Source: Thermoflexus sp. (lineage in GTDB: Bacteria; Chloroflexota; Anaerolineae; B4-G1; SLSP01). Taken from it: DNA of 50,310 bases. Under the pieces are notes generated by a model. That model searched no databases, was not told where the DNA came from, and was given only the letters and a program-made list of their open reading frames with translations. The first letter of the stretch is position 1; every line of letters starts with the position of its first letter. Location: positions 1 through 50,310 of the forward strand of contig DYKY01000008.1 of the NCBI GenBank assembly GCA_020722365.1. The letters are read 5' to 3'. This document shows, piece after piece, positions 34,916 through 44,783 of the stretch. A program made the position numbers and the translations under genes.

Positions 34916-37516
34916 CTATTTCGCCGTAACGAATGTGAGCGCATCGGTGCTGGGCAGAGCCACCAGCTTCGACACCACGACCACCTCGAGCTGGTTGGAG
35001 CCAGCCTCGAGCTTCTCGGTGACGTCGGCGCCGAGGGTGATCTTCCATTCGCCATCGGCAACCGCTTCAGCCTGACCCACATACGCCACTTCGCCCTTGG
35101 CATCGAGCACCAGGTACTTGACGTTGTCGATGTCAGCCGTCGCATAGGGCTGGTCGTTGAAGGTAATGAAGACATCGTAGACAGCTTCCTTGCCGATATC
35201 CACGCGACCAGGCCCATCCAGTTCGACCACAGGGATGGCGGCCTCGGAGAAGCGCAGCCATTTGTCCGCCATGTCGGGGAAGTCCAGGAAACGCTTCAGG
35301 ATGACGGTGCCTTCGACGGGGAACGCGCGTTCCAGATAGTAGGGACCGGTGCCGATCCAGAAGTGACCGCGCTGGCGGTACCACTCCGCGAGATTGGCGT
35401 AGCGAGCCTGCGCTTCGGCGGCATCCACATACTGACTCAACGTGGGGGAGTAAGGAATCGCGCCAGAGAGGACAACCTCATCCAAATGCGTCTTCAGGAT
35501 TTCGATGGTGGGACCGGCAATGTAGCTGAGCCACTCCACTTGCAGTTCGTCGGCCTTGTCGGCGCTGAAGGCCGCTTCGCCGGCGCCATCGGCCATCAGA
35601 CCCAGGGTCACCGCGTGCCAGGCCCCCTGGCCCTGATCGTAGTAGGGCCACCAGGTGCTGACGCAGTTTTCCGCATCCAGATCATAGCTGTCGCTATAGG
35701 TCTCGATCACCAGTGGGTTCTCGGACACGATCTTCACGCCCTTGAAGTAAGCCATAAAGGCTTCAAAGGACGGTACATACGACGCATCGTAGTTGGCGCT
35801 GGCTTCCTTGGCGCGATCAAAAGTGAGGATCATGCCCATAAGGACATCGCCAAAGGAGAAGTTGCTGCCATCGTGCCACTTCAGGGTATCGTACAGATCT
35901 TCAGGGTAGTAGACGATGCTCTTGCGCTTCACGGTCTGCGTCTCGGTATAAACCTCACCAACGGTGAGGAAGCGCTGCTGCTCGGCGTCCCAGTCCGCCC
36001 ACGCATCGGCAGGCACTTCAATGGAATCCGCAAATTGCAGATCGACCCAGTCGAGGGTCTTGAAGACGGGCAGGCCTGTCTGCACAGTGACCTCAGCGCG
36101 CTCGACGCGTTGTGGCAAAGGAAGGCCGGTGAAGGGATCAGACACGGTTGACGTCTCACCCGTACCGCGGATGAGCATCATATCGTAGATCCAGTTCGTA
36201 CCGGCGATGGGGTTCCACGGCTCGGTGAGGATGCTCGGCATGGCAATGCTCATGGAACCGCCAACCTCGCCCTCGCGCTGCAGCGTATAGGCCCAGAGGC
36301 TCGAACCGGACACGCCACCATACAGATCAGCCGCGACTTTGACTTCTTTGCGCTTGGGGGTCAAGGAAGAGCGATCGTACAGCCAAATGCGGATGGAGTC
36401 CTGCATCGACAGTTCGAGGGCCTTCGCCATCATCTCGGTGCGTTCTTCCATAGTCTTGAAATCGCTGTAGGCCAGTTTCTCAGAAACTTCGTAGAACTCC
36501 GGCGTATTGACATAAGCTTGCCATAGGGGCACGCCCAAACCCTGATTGGTATAGAAGAATTGGAAGTTATCTTGCAGGTTGCGGGGCACCGCCGTAGTGA
36601 TCCAGCCGCCGGTGTAAACGTGGAACAGGCCGTCGGCGGGATTGCCGCGCAGCCAGATCGGGGAGGCTTCCGCTGCCGTCTTGTAGTCGCGGGTCACGGT
36701 GAAGCCAATGTCTTCCAGTTGGTTGGCGACGTAGTCGCCGATGCCACGGCGCTCATCCTCGGTGCGGATGAGGACAATCAGCGTAACCGGCGCGCCATTG
36801 TACTGCCACTTGCCGTCCACCAGGGTGGCGCCCAACTTCTCCATCTCCGCAGAGATGATTTCCTGCGCCTTTTCCTTGTTGTAGGCGTACTTCAGCTCCA
36901 GCCCGCGGGCCACATCCGCCATGCGGGCGTAGTCCGAAGACGCGGTGTTGAAGGGGAGCCAGCGAGGCGTCGCCATACCACCCGCGACTTCCTGGGCAAT
37001 ATAGTTACGGTCCATCAACCAGTTCATCGCCTCGCGCACGGCTGGGACAGCGAAGGGGTTGATCGTGCCGTTTTCCAGTTCCGGACCGGCAGGGTTGAAG
37101 GTCAGTTCATTGTAAGAACCGGAGGACTGGTAAACATCAAGGTCGGGAGATGCGGCTACTTTCGCGGCGGTCTCAGGATTACTGACCTGATACGCATATA
37201 TATCGATCTCACCAACCTCAAGACGGGTCACAGCGGCATCCGCGTTCGGCTCTTCAACGAAGACGATGGTGTCCAGCCAGGCGCCCTTGCGGTCCACCTT
37301 GACAGGTTCGGGGGTCACCAAAACCTCGACCGTCTTCTCGACGACCTTCTCCACCTCAACCGTCTTCTCGACTTCAACCTCGACCGTCTTCTCGACGACC
37401 TTCTCCACCTCGACTGTCTTCTCGACGATCACTTGTTCCGGTGTGGCGCAAGCGGAGAGGGCAAGGCTTAGAAGCACGATCACAGCCATCAGGTTCATCC
37501 ACTTCTTGGTAATCAT
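34916..37516 (-). CDS. Large ABC transporter substrate-binding lipoprotein, family 5-like (866 aa)
   Basis: Lipobox LALSAC followed by a VEKTVEVEKVVEK repeat linker. First gene of the binding protein-permease-permease-ATPase-ATPase cluster. Confidence 0.75.
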   Translation of the reverse strand: MITKKWMNLMAVIVLLSLALSACATPEQVIVEKTVEVEKVVEKTVEVEVEKTVEVEKVVEKTVEVLVTPEPVKVDRKGAWLDTIVFVEEPNADAAVTRLEVGEIDIYAYQVSNPETAAKVAASPDLDVYQSSGSYNELTFNPAGPELENGTINPFAVPAVREAMNWLMDRNYIAQEVAGGMATPRWLPFNTASSDYARMADVARGLELKYAYNKEKAQEIISAEMEKLGATLVDGKWQYNGAPVTLIVLIRTEDERRGIGDYVANQLEDIGFTVTRDYKTAAEASPIWLRGNPADGLFHVYTGGWITTAVPRNLQDNFQFFYTNQGLGVPLWQAYVNTPEFYEVSEKLAYSDFKTMEERTEMMAKALELSMQDSIRIWLYDRSSLTPKRKEVKVAADLYGGVSGSSLWAYTLQREGEVGGSMSIAMPSILTEPWNPIAGTNWIYDMMLIRGTGETSTVSDPFTGLPLPQRVERAEVTVQTGLPVFKTLDWVDLQFADSIEVPADAWADWDAEQQRFLTVGEVYTETQTVKRKSIVYYPEDLYDTLKWHDGSNFSFGDVLMGMILTFDRAKEASANYDASYVPSFEAFMAYFKGVKIVSENPLVIETYSDSYDLDAENCVSTWWPYYDQGQGAWHAVTLGLMADGAGEAAFSADKADELQVEWLSYIAGPTIEILKTHLDEVVLSGAIPYSPTLSQYVDAAEAQARYANLAEWYRQRGHFWIGTGPYYLERAFPVEGTVILKRFLDFPDMADKWLRFSEAAIPVVELDGPGRVDIGKEAVYDVFITFNDQPYATADIDNVKYLVLDAKGEVAYVGQAEAVADGEWKITLGADVTEKLEAGSNQLEVVVVSKLVALPSTDALTFVTAK
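37310..37432 (-). repeat. In-frame tandem repeats encoding a V-E-K-T/V-V-E linker
   Basis: Protein VIVEKTVEVEKVVEKTVEVEVEKTVEVEKVVEKTVEVLV. The DNA shows repeated accgtcttctcgac / gaccttctccacctc units. Confidence 0.8.
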
Positions 37517-37767
37517 CAGTTTCTCCTCCTAAAGTTAAGTATGCTAATGGATTTTCGATTCACGCTTCATCGTCGTACTGGTTCTCATTATATGACTGTC
37601 AAGAAATGACACCACCTCCTTTCCTGATCACACACAAGTTGCACTCAGCAAATGACTCCCTGCGCACTTTCAGCCGGTAGTCGCCTAAAATGAAATCCCT
37701 ATAAATATACCATCAAGGATAGAGAGCGTCAAATACGAACACAGACGGAATTGTTCAGCGTTAGTTA

Positions 37768-37839
37768 GTAGTCTAGCCCCTTGTGGGCGTTCAGACGGGC
37801 ACAAGACGGGCACAAGACAGGCACAAGGCCCTAGACTAC
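37768..37839. repeat. Second, inverted copy of the quasi-palindromic element with three 11-bp units
   Basis: gtagtctagccccttgtgggcgttcagacgggcacaagacgggcacaagacaggcacaaggccctagactac. Its reverse complement matches 29892-29975. Confidence 0.85.
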
Positions 37840-37874
37840 GGGATAACTGTGAACAATTACACGCGAACAACATT

Positions 37875-38222
37875 CTACGATGCCAGACGTAAATCGAACA
37901 TCTGTGTCAAAGCGATATCCCAAAATGGCGAAGGCAGAGAGCGCCCATTTGGGTCAACATAATACGCGCGGTTCGAAAACAACGGCACATACGTCACGTT
38001 GCGTCCCCTCATCCCTGAGAGAGCACCCAAACAACATGAAAAGGTCGCCATAAGCGCGGCAAGCAGCGGATGCTCGATGGAGGCCTCGAGCCCAGTGCGT
38101 ATCGCATGCACGGCACGGAACACGCGCCGCCACACGCGCGCCGACGGTTCAGTTTCGGCAAAGGGATAAAAAGCCTGCCGCAACAGCTCGCCTAGCATGT
38201 CATCAAATTCACGTGAATTCAT
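37875..38222 (-). CDS. Hypothetical protein downstream of, and overlapping, the ECF sigma gene; possible anti-sigma factor by position
   Basis: About 115 aa. The ATG at 38222 overlaps the sigma gene stop by 14 nt. One hydrophobic segment (LLAALMATFSCCLGAL). No zinc-binding anti-sigma motif seen. Confidence 0.4.
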   Translation of the reverse strand: MNSREFDDMLGELLRQAFYPFAETEPSARVWRRVFRAVHAIRTGLEASIEHPLLAALMATFSCCLGALSGMRGRNVTYVPLFSNRAYYVDPNGRSLPSPFWDIALTQMFDLRLAS

Positions 38223-38787
38223 ACGCCATCTCAGGTACAGGCCGCTGGCGCTGCGCCAGGGCATCGCGTAAATGCTTACGTGCATAATGCAGCCGGGACT
38301 TGACCGTCCCCACCGGCAATTCCATCACCTCGGCAACTTCTTCGAGCGATAGGTTTTCCAGATAGAACAGAACAACAACGGCCTGATGGGACATTGGCAG
38401 TTCCGCGATCACATCGCGGATCATGCTATGTAATTCCCGCTCCTCGGCCTTATGGTCAGGTGACGGAAAGATATTGGACAAGCCAGATAGCCATTCCATA
38501 ACATCATCCAGAGGCTGGAGTATCCGCTTTTTCGAGAACCAGTCGTAGGACAGATTGACCGTGACCCGGTAAAGCCAGGGCTTCAGCGGACGCTCAGCGT
38601 CAATGGATGCAACATAGTGATATAAACGCACAAAACATTCCTGAAGAATGTCTTCTGCCACGTGTTCATCGCGGGTAATGGCCAATGCGGTGCGGTAGAC
38701 GTTGTCTTTGAACAACTCGTAAAGCTCACCCAGCGCCGCGAGGTCTCCATCTTGCAGCCGCCGGATCAAGCGAGGCTCAACCCCCAT
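38209..38787 (-). CDS. ECF-type RNA polymerase sigma-70 family factor
   Basis: Region 2 (VYRTALAITRDEHVAEDILQECFVRLY...PWLYRVTVNLSYDW) and region 4 (LSLEEVAEVMELPVGTVKSRLHYARKHL). AGGAGG ribosome-binding site upstream of the ATG at 38787. Confidence 0.9.
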   Translation of the reverse strand: MGVEPRLIRRLQDGDLAALGELYELFKDNVYRTALAITRDEHVAEDILQECFVRLYHYVASIDAERPLKPWLYRVTVNLSYDWFSKKRILQPLDDVMEWLSGLSNIFPSPDHKAEERELHSMIRDVIAELPMSHQAVVVLFYLENLSLEEVAEVMELPVGTVKSRLHYARKHLRDALAQRQRPVPEMAYEFT

Positions 38788-38836
38788 AGGCGAGCCTCCT
38801 GCCCCACCTTTGTCACACGCTCTATATAAATATACT

Positions 38837-39586
38837 TCACTCTGCAACATCGGGTTCATCCAAAGTGCGACGAAATTCTTGCAAAAGCGCTTTATCCTCG
38901 GCGCTCAGGGATGCAATCTCCAAGAGATCGGGACGCCGCGCCAACGTTCGTTGCAAGGCCATCGCGTGTTTCCAGCGCGCGATACGGGCGTGATCGCCCG
39001 ACAACAGAGTCTCCGGAACCTGCCGGCCTTCGAAAACCGGTGGGCGTGTGTACTGCGGACCTTCCAACAGACCACCGGCGTAGGAATCGTCGTGTGCGCC
39101 CTCGGCCGCCCCCAGTACCCCCGGCACGAACCGCGCGACGGCATCCACGATGACCATCGCCGCCAGCTCACCGCCGGTCAACACATAATCGCCAATCGAA
39201 AGCTCGTCGGTGATGACGGACTCACGCACACGCTCATCAATACCTTCGTAATGACCGCATATCAGCATCAATCGAGGATGTTGGGCCAGTTCCTGGGCTA
39301 CCGCGTGAGTGAACGTCCGCCCCTGTGGGGTCAACAAAATCACCGGCGCTTGTGTCCCGCCCAACACCGCGCGTACGGCGCGGAAAACCGGCTCAGGCTT
39401 CATGATCATACCCACGCCCCCGCCATAAGGCACGTCGTCGGTCATTTGATGCCGGTCCAGCGCATAGTCGCGGATCTGGTGGATGATTAGATGAAGCAGG
39501 CCGCGTTGTTGAGCGCGCTTGAGAATGCTCTCTTGCAGCGCCCCGTAGAACATCGTCGGAAATAGCGTTAGAATGTCGATCCGCAT
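38837..39586 (-). CDS. trmD: tRNA (guanine37-N1)-methyltransferase
   Basis: [14 protein letters not shown]-terminus, [13 protein letters not shown], and [21 protein letters not shown]. Confidence 0.92.
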   Translation of the reverse strand: MRIDILTLFPTMFYGALQESILKRAQQRGLLHLIIHQIRDYALDRHQMTDDVPYGGGVGMIMKPEPVFRAVRAVLGGTQAPVILLTPQGRTFTHAVAQELAQHPRLMLICGHYEGIDERVRESVITDELSIGDYVLTGGELAAMVIVDAVARFVPGVLGAAEGAHDDSYAGGLLEGPQYTRPPVFEGRQVPETLLSGDHARIARWKHAMALQRTLARRPDLLEIASLSAEDKALLQEFRRTLDEPDVAE

Positions 39587-39594
39587 CGAACTGT

Positions 39595-39622
39595 ATTCTA
39601 GCATAACATAACGAATGAACAA
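39595..39622 (-). promoter_or_regulatory. Candidate promoter TTGTTC - 16 nt - TAGAAT ending 8 nt before the trmD ATG (leaderless or near-leaderless transcript)
   Basis: The minus strand reads TTGTTC ATTCGTTATGTTATGC TAGAAT ACAGTTCG ATG. No Shine-Dalgarno sequence precedes the ATG. Confidence 0.35.
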
Positions 39623-39653
39623 GAGAAAAGTGATAAATGTTCTATTTTATAGC

Positions 39654-40985
39654 TCAAACTCGCGCCCACAACGCGGCAGCCAGTTCGCGCGAGCGTGCGG
39701 TGATGGCTTCTTCATCCAGCGTAAGCACGCAGCGATCCCGCATCAGGACGCGCCCGGCGCTGATCGTGGTGGTGATGGCCGAAGCCTCATAGCCGAAGAG
39801 GATGTGCCACGGCAGATTACCCGCGTTCAACGGCGTCGTCGGCTTGTAATCCACGAGGATGAGGTCGGCCATCGCCCCCGGTGTGAGCACGCCCAGCGTT
39901 TGCGCGGGCCAGAAGAGCCGCGCGAGTTCGGCGTTGGCGTCATAGGCCAGGCGGAACACGAGGTCGCCGGGCATCGCCCGCGGATCGCGCTGCGCCAGTT
40001 TGTGACCCAGGTAGGCCGTCTTCATTTCGGCGACCATGTTGTTGCTGAAGCCATCGTTGCCCAGCGCAATCCGTACGCCGCGCGCCAGCATCGCCTCCAC
40101 CTGCGCGAAGCCGACCGCGTTGTTCATATTCGAGCGCGGTTGGTGCGTCACCCACGTGCCGCTGTCCGCCAACACGTCCATCTCGCTCTCGTCCACGTGG
40201 ACGGCGTGCGCCACGATGGAACGCGGGCCGAGGATGCCCGCGTCGTGCAGCCGGTGGATGACGCGCTTGCCGGATTTTGCCAAACTGTCCTCCACGTCCT
40301 CGATGCCCTCCGCCGCGTGGATGTGAAACCCCGTTTCCAGCCCGGCAGCGGCAGCAACGGCATCCGCCAGCGTGGCGTCGCTCAACGTCAGCGAGGCGTG
40401 CAGCCCAAACGTTGCCCCCAACTGCGGGTGCGGTTCGGCGCGCATCCGCCGCAGGAAACGCACGTTCTCCGCAATGCCCGCCGCCGCACGCGCATCGCCG
40501 TCGCGGTCGGTCACCTCGTAGCACAGCGCCGCGCGGATACCGGACTGCACCACCGCTTCGGCCAGCACGTCGAGTGAGCCGTCAATGGCGTTGGGGCTGG
40601 CGTGATGGTCGATGAGCGTCGTCGCGCCGTGGCGAACGGCGTCGACCAGACAGACCAGCGCGGAGTAGCGGACGTCATCCATCGTCAAAGCCTTGTCGAG
40701 CCGCCACCACAGCCGCTCGAGAATCTCACCGAAGCGCGTGGCCGGCGGGCCGGGATAGGCCCAGCCGCGCGCAAACGCGCCGTAGAAGTGCGTGTGCCCG
40801 CACAACATCGCCGGCAACGCGAGCTGCCCATCGGCATCCAGGCGCTCCTCGTGCGGGTATTGCGTTGCCAGCGCCATCGTCGTATCCAGCGCCGCGATTT
40901 TGCCGTCGCGGATGAGCAACGCGCCGTCATCCATTACCTTCGGATCATCGCCAAGCGTGGCAATGCGGGCGTGTGTGATTAACAT
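39654..40985 (-). CDS. Metal-dependent amidohydrolase (chlorohydrolase / SsnA / nucleobase deaminase-like family)
   Basis: 443 aa. The HxH metal site in LPAMLCGHTHFYGAF and the overall pattern are those of amidohydrolase_1 family members. GGGAGG ribosome-binding site. Confidence 0.7.
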   Translation of the reverse strand: MLITHARIATLGDDPKVMDDGALLIRDGKIAALDTTMALATQYPHEERLDADGQLALPAMLCGHTHFYGAFARGWAYPGPPATRFGEILERLWWRLDKALTMDDVRYSALVCLVDAVRHGATTLIDHHASPNAIDGSLDVLAEAVVQSGIRAALCYEVTDRDGDARAAAGIAENVRFLRRMRAEPHPQLGATFGLHASLTLSDATLADAVAAAAGLETGFHIHAAEGIEDVEDSLAKSGKRVIHRLHDAGILGPRSIVAHAVHVDESEMDVLADSGTWVTHQPRSNMNNAVGFAQVEAMLARGVRIALGNDGFSNNMVAEMKTAYLGHKLAQRDPRAMPGDLVFRLAYDANAELARLFWPAQTLGVLTPGAMADLILVDYKPTTPLNAGNLPWHILFGYEASAITTTISAGRVLMRDRCVLTLDEEAITARSRELAAALWARV

Positions 40986-41071
40986 AAAGCCTCCCTTGTG
41001 AGCCGGAATTGGTAATCAGGGACAAGGGACTGGGATTGCCTGCTCCCTAATCACCAATTACTAATTACCGA

Positions 41072-42010
41072 TTACCCATCCCTACCCCGCTTGAAACGCG
41101 GGTCTTCCGCCAACGTGCGGCGCAGGCCCTCTTGCAATGTGATCTTCGGTTCATAGCCCAGAATTTGGCGCGCCAGGCGCACATCCGCGCGCAAGCGCGT
41201 CACGCCGCCGCTCTCCACCGGGCTGTTGATGATGTTGCTGGAGGAGCGGGTCAGGGTGAGCACGTGCTGGGCCAACGTCTGGATCGAGGTGTCCTCGCCA
41301 CTGCCGACGTTGATCGTGCGCCGGGTCACGTCGGGCGCGGTCGCCGCGGCGATGAGCGCGCGCACCACATCATCGACGTAGACGAAATCGCGCGTCTGCT
41401 CGCCGCTCCCAAAGATCACCAGCGAGCCGCCACCCAATGCCTGGTAAATGAACCGCGGAATCACCGGGGAGTGCGAAGGCAGCAACGGCTGTCCAGGGCC
41501 GTAAGCATTGAAAATCCGCAAGGCCACGGTCGTCGTGCCCCAGAGCGCCCCAATGGTGTGGACGTAGTATTCCGCCGCGAGTTTACTCACCGCATAGGGG
41601 GATTGCGGGTTGGGCGTGGTTGTTTCGGACACCGGCTGCTCCACCTGCGCGCCGTAGATGGCACCCGACGAGGTGAACACCAGACGGGGTACACCCACGT
41701 CGCGCATCGCCTCCAACAAAGCGACGGTGCCGCCGACGTTCACGTCGTTGTACTCGCGGGGATAGAGGATGGATTCCGCCACCAACACGCGCGCGGCGAG
41801 ATGATACACGCACTGCACGCCCTGCAAGAGCGTCCACAGCTTGGGCCGGTTGGTGATTTCCCCACGATGGAAGAACACTTTCGCGTCCAGCCGCGTTTGA
41901 TCGCCGGCGCTGAGATCGTCCAACACCAACACTTCGTGGCCCTGGCGTACCAACGCATTCGCCAACGCGCTCCCCAGAAAACCTGCCCCACCCGTGACTA
42001 GAATTCGCAC
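41072..42010 (-). CDS. NAD-dependent sugar epimerase/dehydratase (SDR family)
   Basis: MRILVTGGAGFLGSAL Rossmann motif and YAVSK catalytic motif. GTG start preceded by AAGGAGG. Confidence 0.85.
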   Translation of the reverse strand: MRILVTGGAGFLGSALANALVRQGHEVLVLDDLSAGDQTRLDAKVFFHRGEITNRPKLWTLLQGVQCVYHLAARVLVAESILYPREYNDVNVGGTVALLEAMRDVGVPRLVFTSSGAIYGAQVEQPVSETTTPNPQSPYAVSKLAAEYYVHTIGALWGTTTVALRIFNAYGPGQPLLPSHSPVIPRFIYQALGGGSLVIFGSGEQTRDFVYVDDVVRALIAAATAPDVTRRTINVGSGEDTSIQTLAQHVLTLTRSSSNIINSPVESGGVTRLRADVRLARQILGYEPKITLQEGLRRTLAEDPRFKRGRDG

Positions 42011-42102
42011 AAGGCCCTCCTTAAATAGTCCGGTAGTCGTTAGTCGTTAGTCCGATAGTTTTTATTCGCGAAGATTCGCGGTGAAATCCGTGTTCCACTG
42101 CA

Positions 42103-43149
42103 TCAGGTGTAGCGGATGCGCGCCCAGTGATAGCGATGCGCCATCGCCACCGCGCGCGGGCGCAGGAAGGCGTACAGGCGATAGAGCCAGGTTCGCGGCG
42201 TGTAATCATACGCCCCCAGGTGGGGGACAAAGGTCGCCCCAAAGCCTTCCTTAAAACGATACAACCCCCACAACGGATCGGTAACATCCGGTGTGTCGGG
42301 CGCGCCCCAGAGATCGTAAACGGTACAGCCAACCTCTTTCGCGCGGCGGATGATGTGCCATTGTAACAAATGGTTAGGCATGAAACCTCGTCCGGCATCG
42401 CGCGACGCGCCGTACATATACCAGGCGCGCGTTCCAAAATGGAGAGCAATCGCCATCGCCACCGGCGCGCCATTGACTTCGGCAATCAACGCCCACGCCA
42501 TTCCGGCATGCATGAAACGCTGCCACACGTCCCGGTAATAGGCTTCCTCACGGATTACGAAGCTGTCGCGGGCGGCAGTCTCCGCGTACATCGCGCACAG
42601 CAACGAGAGATCATCCGGGGTGGCGTCGCGGATCGTCACGCCCTTGCGCACGGCGAGGTGAATGTTATAGCGCCATTTGGGCTTCATCTGCTCCATCAGT
42701 TGATCCAGCGTGGGCTGCAGATCCAACAGCATCGTGTTGCGGAACTGGACCTGCTCGAAAGAAGCGCGCCATCCCAACTTCGACAGAAGGGCAGCCGTCC
42801 TGCTCCCCACGTCGGTATCGGCGCGCACGTCGGGATCGATTTTTAGCAATAAACACCCACGCCGCTGCGCGTACGTTGCCAACTGTGTCAGGACGGTTTC
42901 CGCCAAAGCGCCATCCGCCCAATCCAACAAGGGCCCCTTGGGGACGTAACCCAGGCGGAGATGGCCGCGCTGCAATACCAACACTTGCGCCGCCGCGACG
43001 GCGCGATCATCTGCACGCCAAAGAAAACGCAAGGGGGTCCAACTACGGCTCCCTTTGAGTTCTCCCCACAACCAGGATTGCAAGATGTGAGCCTGGGGTA
43101 GCGTCAGTAAAGCCGCATCCCAAACGTTAGCTTGAGTCACCGTTTCCAT
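42103..43149 (-). CDS. FemAB-family peptidyltransferase (peptidoglycan interpeptide bridge formation)
   Basis: HILQSWLWGELK N-terminal motif and size (348 aa) typical of the FemX/FemAB family. Confidence 0.7.
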   Translation of the reverse strand: METVTQANVWDAALLTLPQAHILQSWLWGELKGSRSWTPLRFLWRADDRAVAAAQVLVLQRGHLRLGYVPKGPLLDWADGALAETVLTQLATYAQRRGCLLLKIDPDVRADTDVGSRTAALLSKLGWRASFEQVQFRNTMLLDLQPTLDQLMEQMKPKWRYNIHLAVRKGVTIRDATPDDLSLLCAMYAETAARDSFVIREEAYYRDVWQRFMHAGMAWALIAEVNGAPVAMAIALHFGTRAWYMYGASRDAGRGFMPNHLLQWHIIRRAKEVGCTVYDLWGAPDTPDVTDPLWGLYRFKEGFGATFVPHLGAYDYTPRTWLYRLYAFLRPRAVAMAHRYHWARIRYT

Positions 43150-43334
43150 AGTTTCGTATTTATTTTAACATAGGTTGCAGAATTTTCTAACTTTTCGATC
43201 TTGCTCATCTTTGATTTCCGGTTATCATGAATCAGATGCTGTGGCCGGTCTCCGACCGCGCCGCCACGTGTAAAACACAGTCGTCGACCATCCTGACTAT
43301 CTGACTGACGACTATCAAACTATCCAGGAGTTGT

Positions 43335-44717
43335 ATGACCGAACGCGAATCCATTAAAGAGACGATTGCCCCGCCGGAGAAAGCCTATCTGGTGGGGGTG
43401 GAGTGGAAAACCATCCCCGATGGCAAATACAAACCCGAAGCCTGGCCCGCCGAGGAATCGCTCAGCGAGCTGGAGCGCCTGGCGGATACCGCCGGCCTGG
43501 ATGTCCTCGGCCAGACGGTGCAAAAGCTGGAACGACCCCATGCCGCCACCTTCATCGGCAAGGGCAAAGCCGCCGAAATCGCCGCGACGGTGCAGGACTT
43601 GAATATCGACGTGGTCGTTTTCGACAACGAGTTAACCCCCGGCCACCAGCGCGAATTGGAAAAAATCTTCGGCAAGGACGTGAAGGTGCTCGACCGCACC
43701 GGGCTGATCCTCGACATCTTCGCGCAGCACGCGCACACCCGCGAAGGCGCGCTCCAGGTGGAACTGGCGCAGTATGAATACCGCCTGCCACGTCTGACGC
43801 AGACGTGGACGCAGCAGGCGCTCACCCGGCAGGCCGGTGGACGCGCGGGCGGCAGCACCGGCGGCGTCGGTGTGCGCGGCCCCGGCGAAACGAAGCTGGA
43901 AATGGACCGCAACGTGATCCGCCACCGCATCAGCCAGATCAAGCACGAGCTGGAGAACGTGCGCGCGCAACGCGCCCGCTATCGCAGCCAACGCCGTCGC
44001 AGTGGATTGCCCACTATCGCGTTGGTCGGCTATACCAACGCGGGCAAGTCCACGCTCCTTAACTCCCTTAGCGGGGCCGACGTTTACATCGCCGACCAAC
44101 TCTTCGCCACGCTCGACCCCACCACGCGGCGCGTCACGTTGCCGGGCGGGACGGTGGTGCTGCTAACCGATACCGTCGGCTTCATCCAGAAGCTTCCCAC
44201 CGGGCTGATTGCCGCTTTCCGCGCCACTCTGGAAGAGGTCATCGAAGCCGACCTGCTGCTGCACGTCATCGACGCCAGCCATCCACAGGCGCTCGAACAG
44301 GCCCGCGCCGTCTACGCCACGCTCAAGGAGATCGAGGCGGGCAATATCCCGATGATCAACGTGCTGAACAAGATCGACCGGCTCGCCGATCCGGAATCCG
44401 CCTGCGCGGCGCTATGCCATCTTGACGACAGCGTTGCCGTCTCCGCGTTGACCGGTATGGGACTGGACGCGTTGCTCCGCCACATCGAAGACGTCCTGGA
44501 AGCCGAAATGGTGCGCGTCGATGTGGTGATCCCGTTTGACCATGGGGAACTGGTGGGCCTGTTCCACGAGCGCGGCCTCATCGACAAGGAAGAGTACCGC
44601 GAGGCGGGCACGCGCATCGTCGGGCGGCTGCCGGAGACGCTGGCACTGCACTTCGACGCCTTCCGCACGCCCCGTACCCCGCGCCGCACCAAACAGGCCG
44701 TTTTATCAGCAGATTGA
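43335..44717 (+). CDS. hflX: GTPase HflX
   Basis: HflX N-domain (LDRTGLILDIFAQHAHTREGALQVELAQYEYRLPRL). G1 motif GYTNAGKSTL. DTVGF. NKID. AGGAG ribosome-binding site. Confidence 0.92.
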   Translation: MTERESIKETIAPPEKAYLVGVEWKTIPDGKYKPEAWPAEESLSELERLADTAGLDVLGQTVQKLERPHAATFIGKGKAAEIAATVQDLNIDVVVFDNELTPGHQRELEKIFGKDVKVLDRTGLILDIFAQHAHTREGALQVELAQYEYRLPRLTQTWTQQALTRQAGGRAGGSTGGVGVRGPGETKLEMDRNVIRHRISQIKHELENVRAQRARYRSQRRRSGLPTIALVGYTNAGKSTLLNSLSGADVYIADQLFATLDPTTRRVTLPGGTVVLLTDTVGFIQKLPTGLIAAFRATLEEVIEADLLLHVIDASHPQALEQARAVYATLKEIEAGNIPMINVLNKIDRLADPESACAALCHLDDSVAVSALTGMGLDALLRHIEDVLEAEMVRVDVVIPFDHGELVGLFHERGLIDKEEYREAGTRIVGRLPETLALHFDAFRTPRTPRRTKQAVLSAD

Positions 44718-44783
44718 GCGGATTAAGCAGATTTATATCTTCCTAATCCGTTCCATCCGTTAAATTCGTTGAGGTAAACCGAG

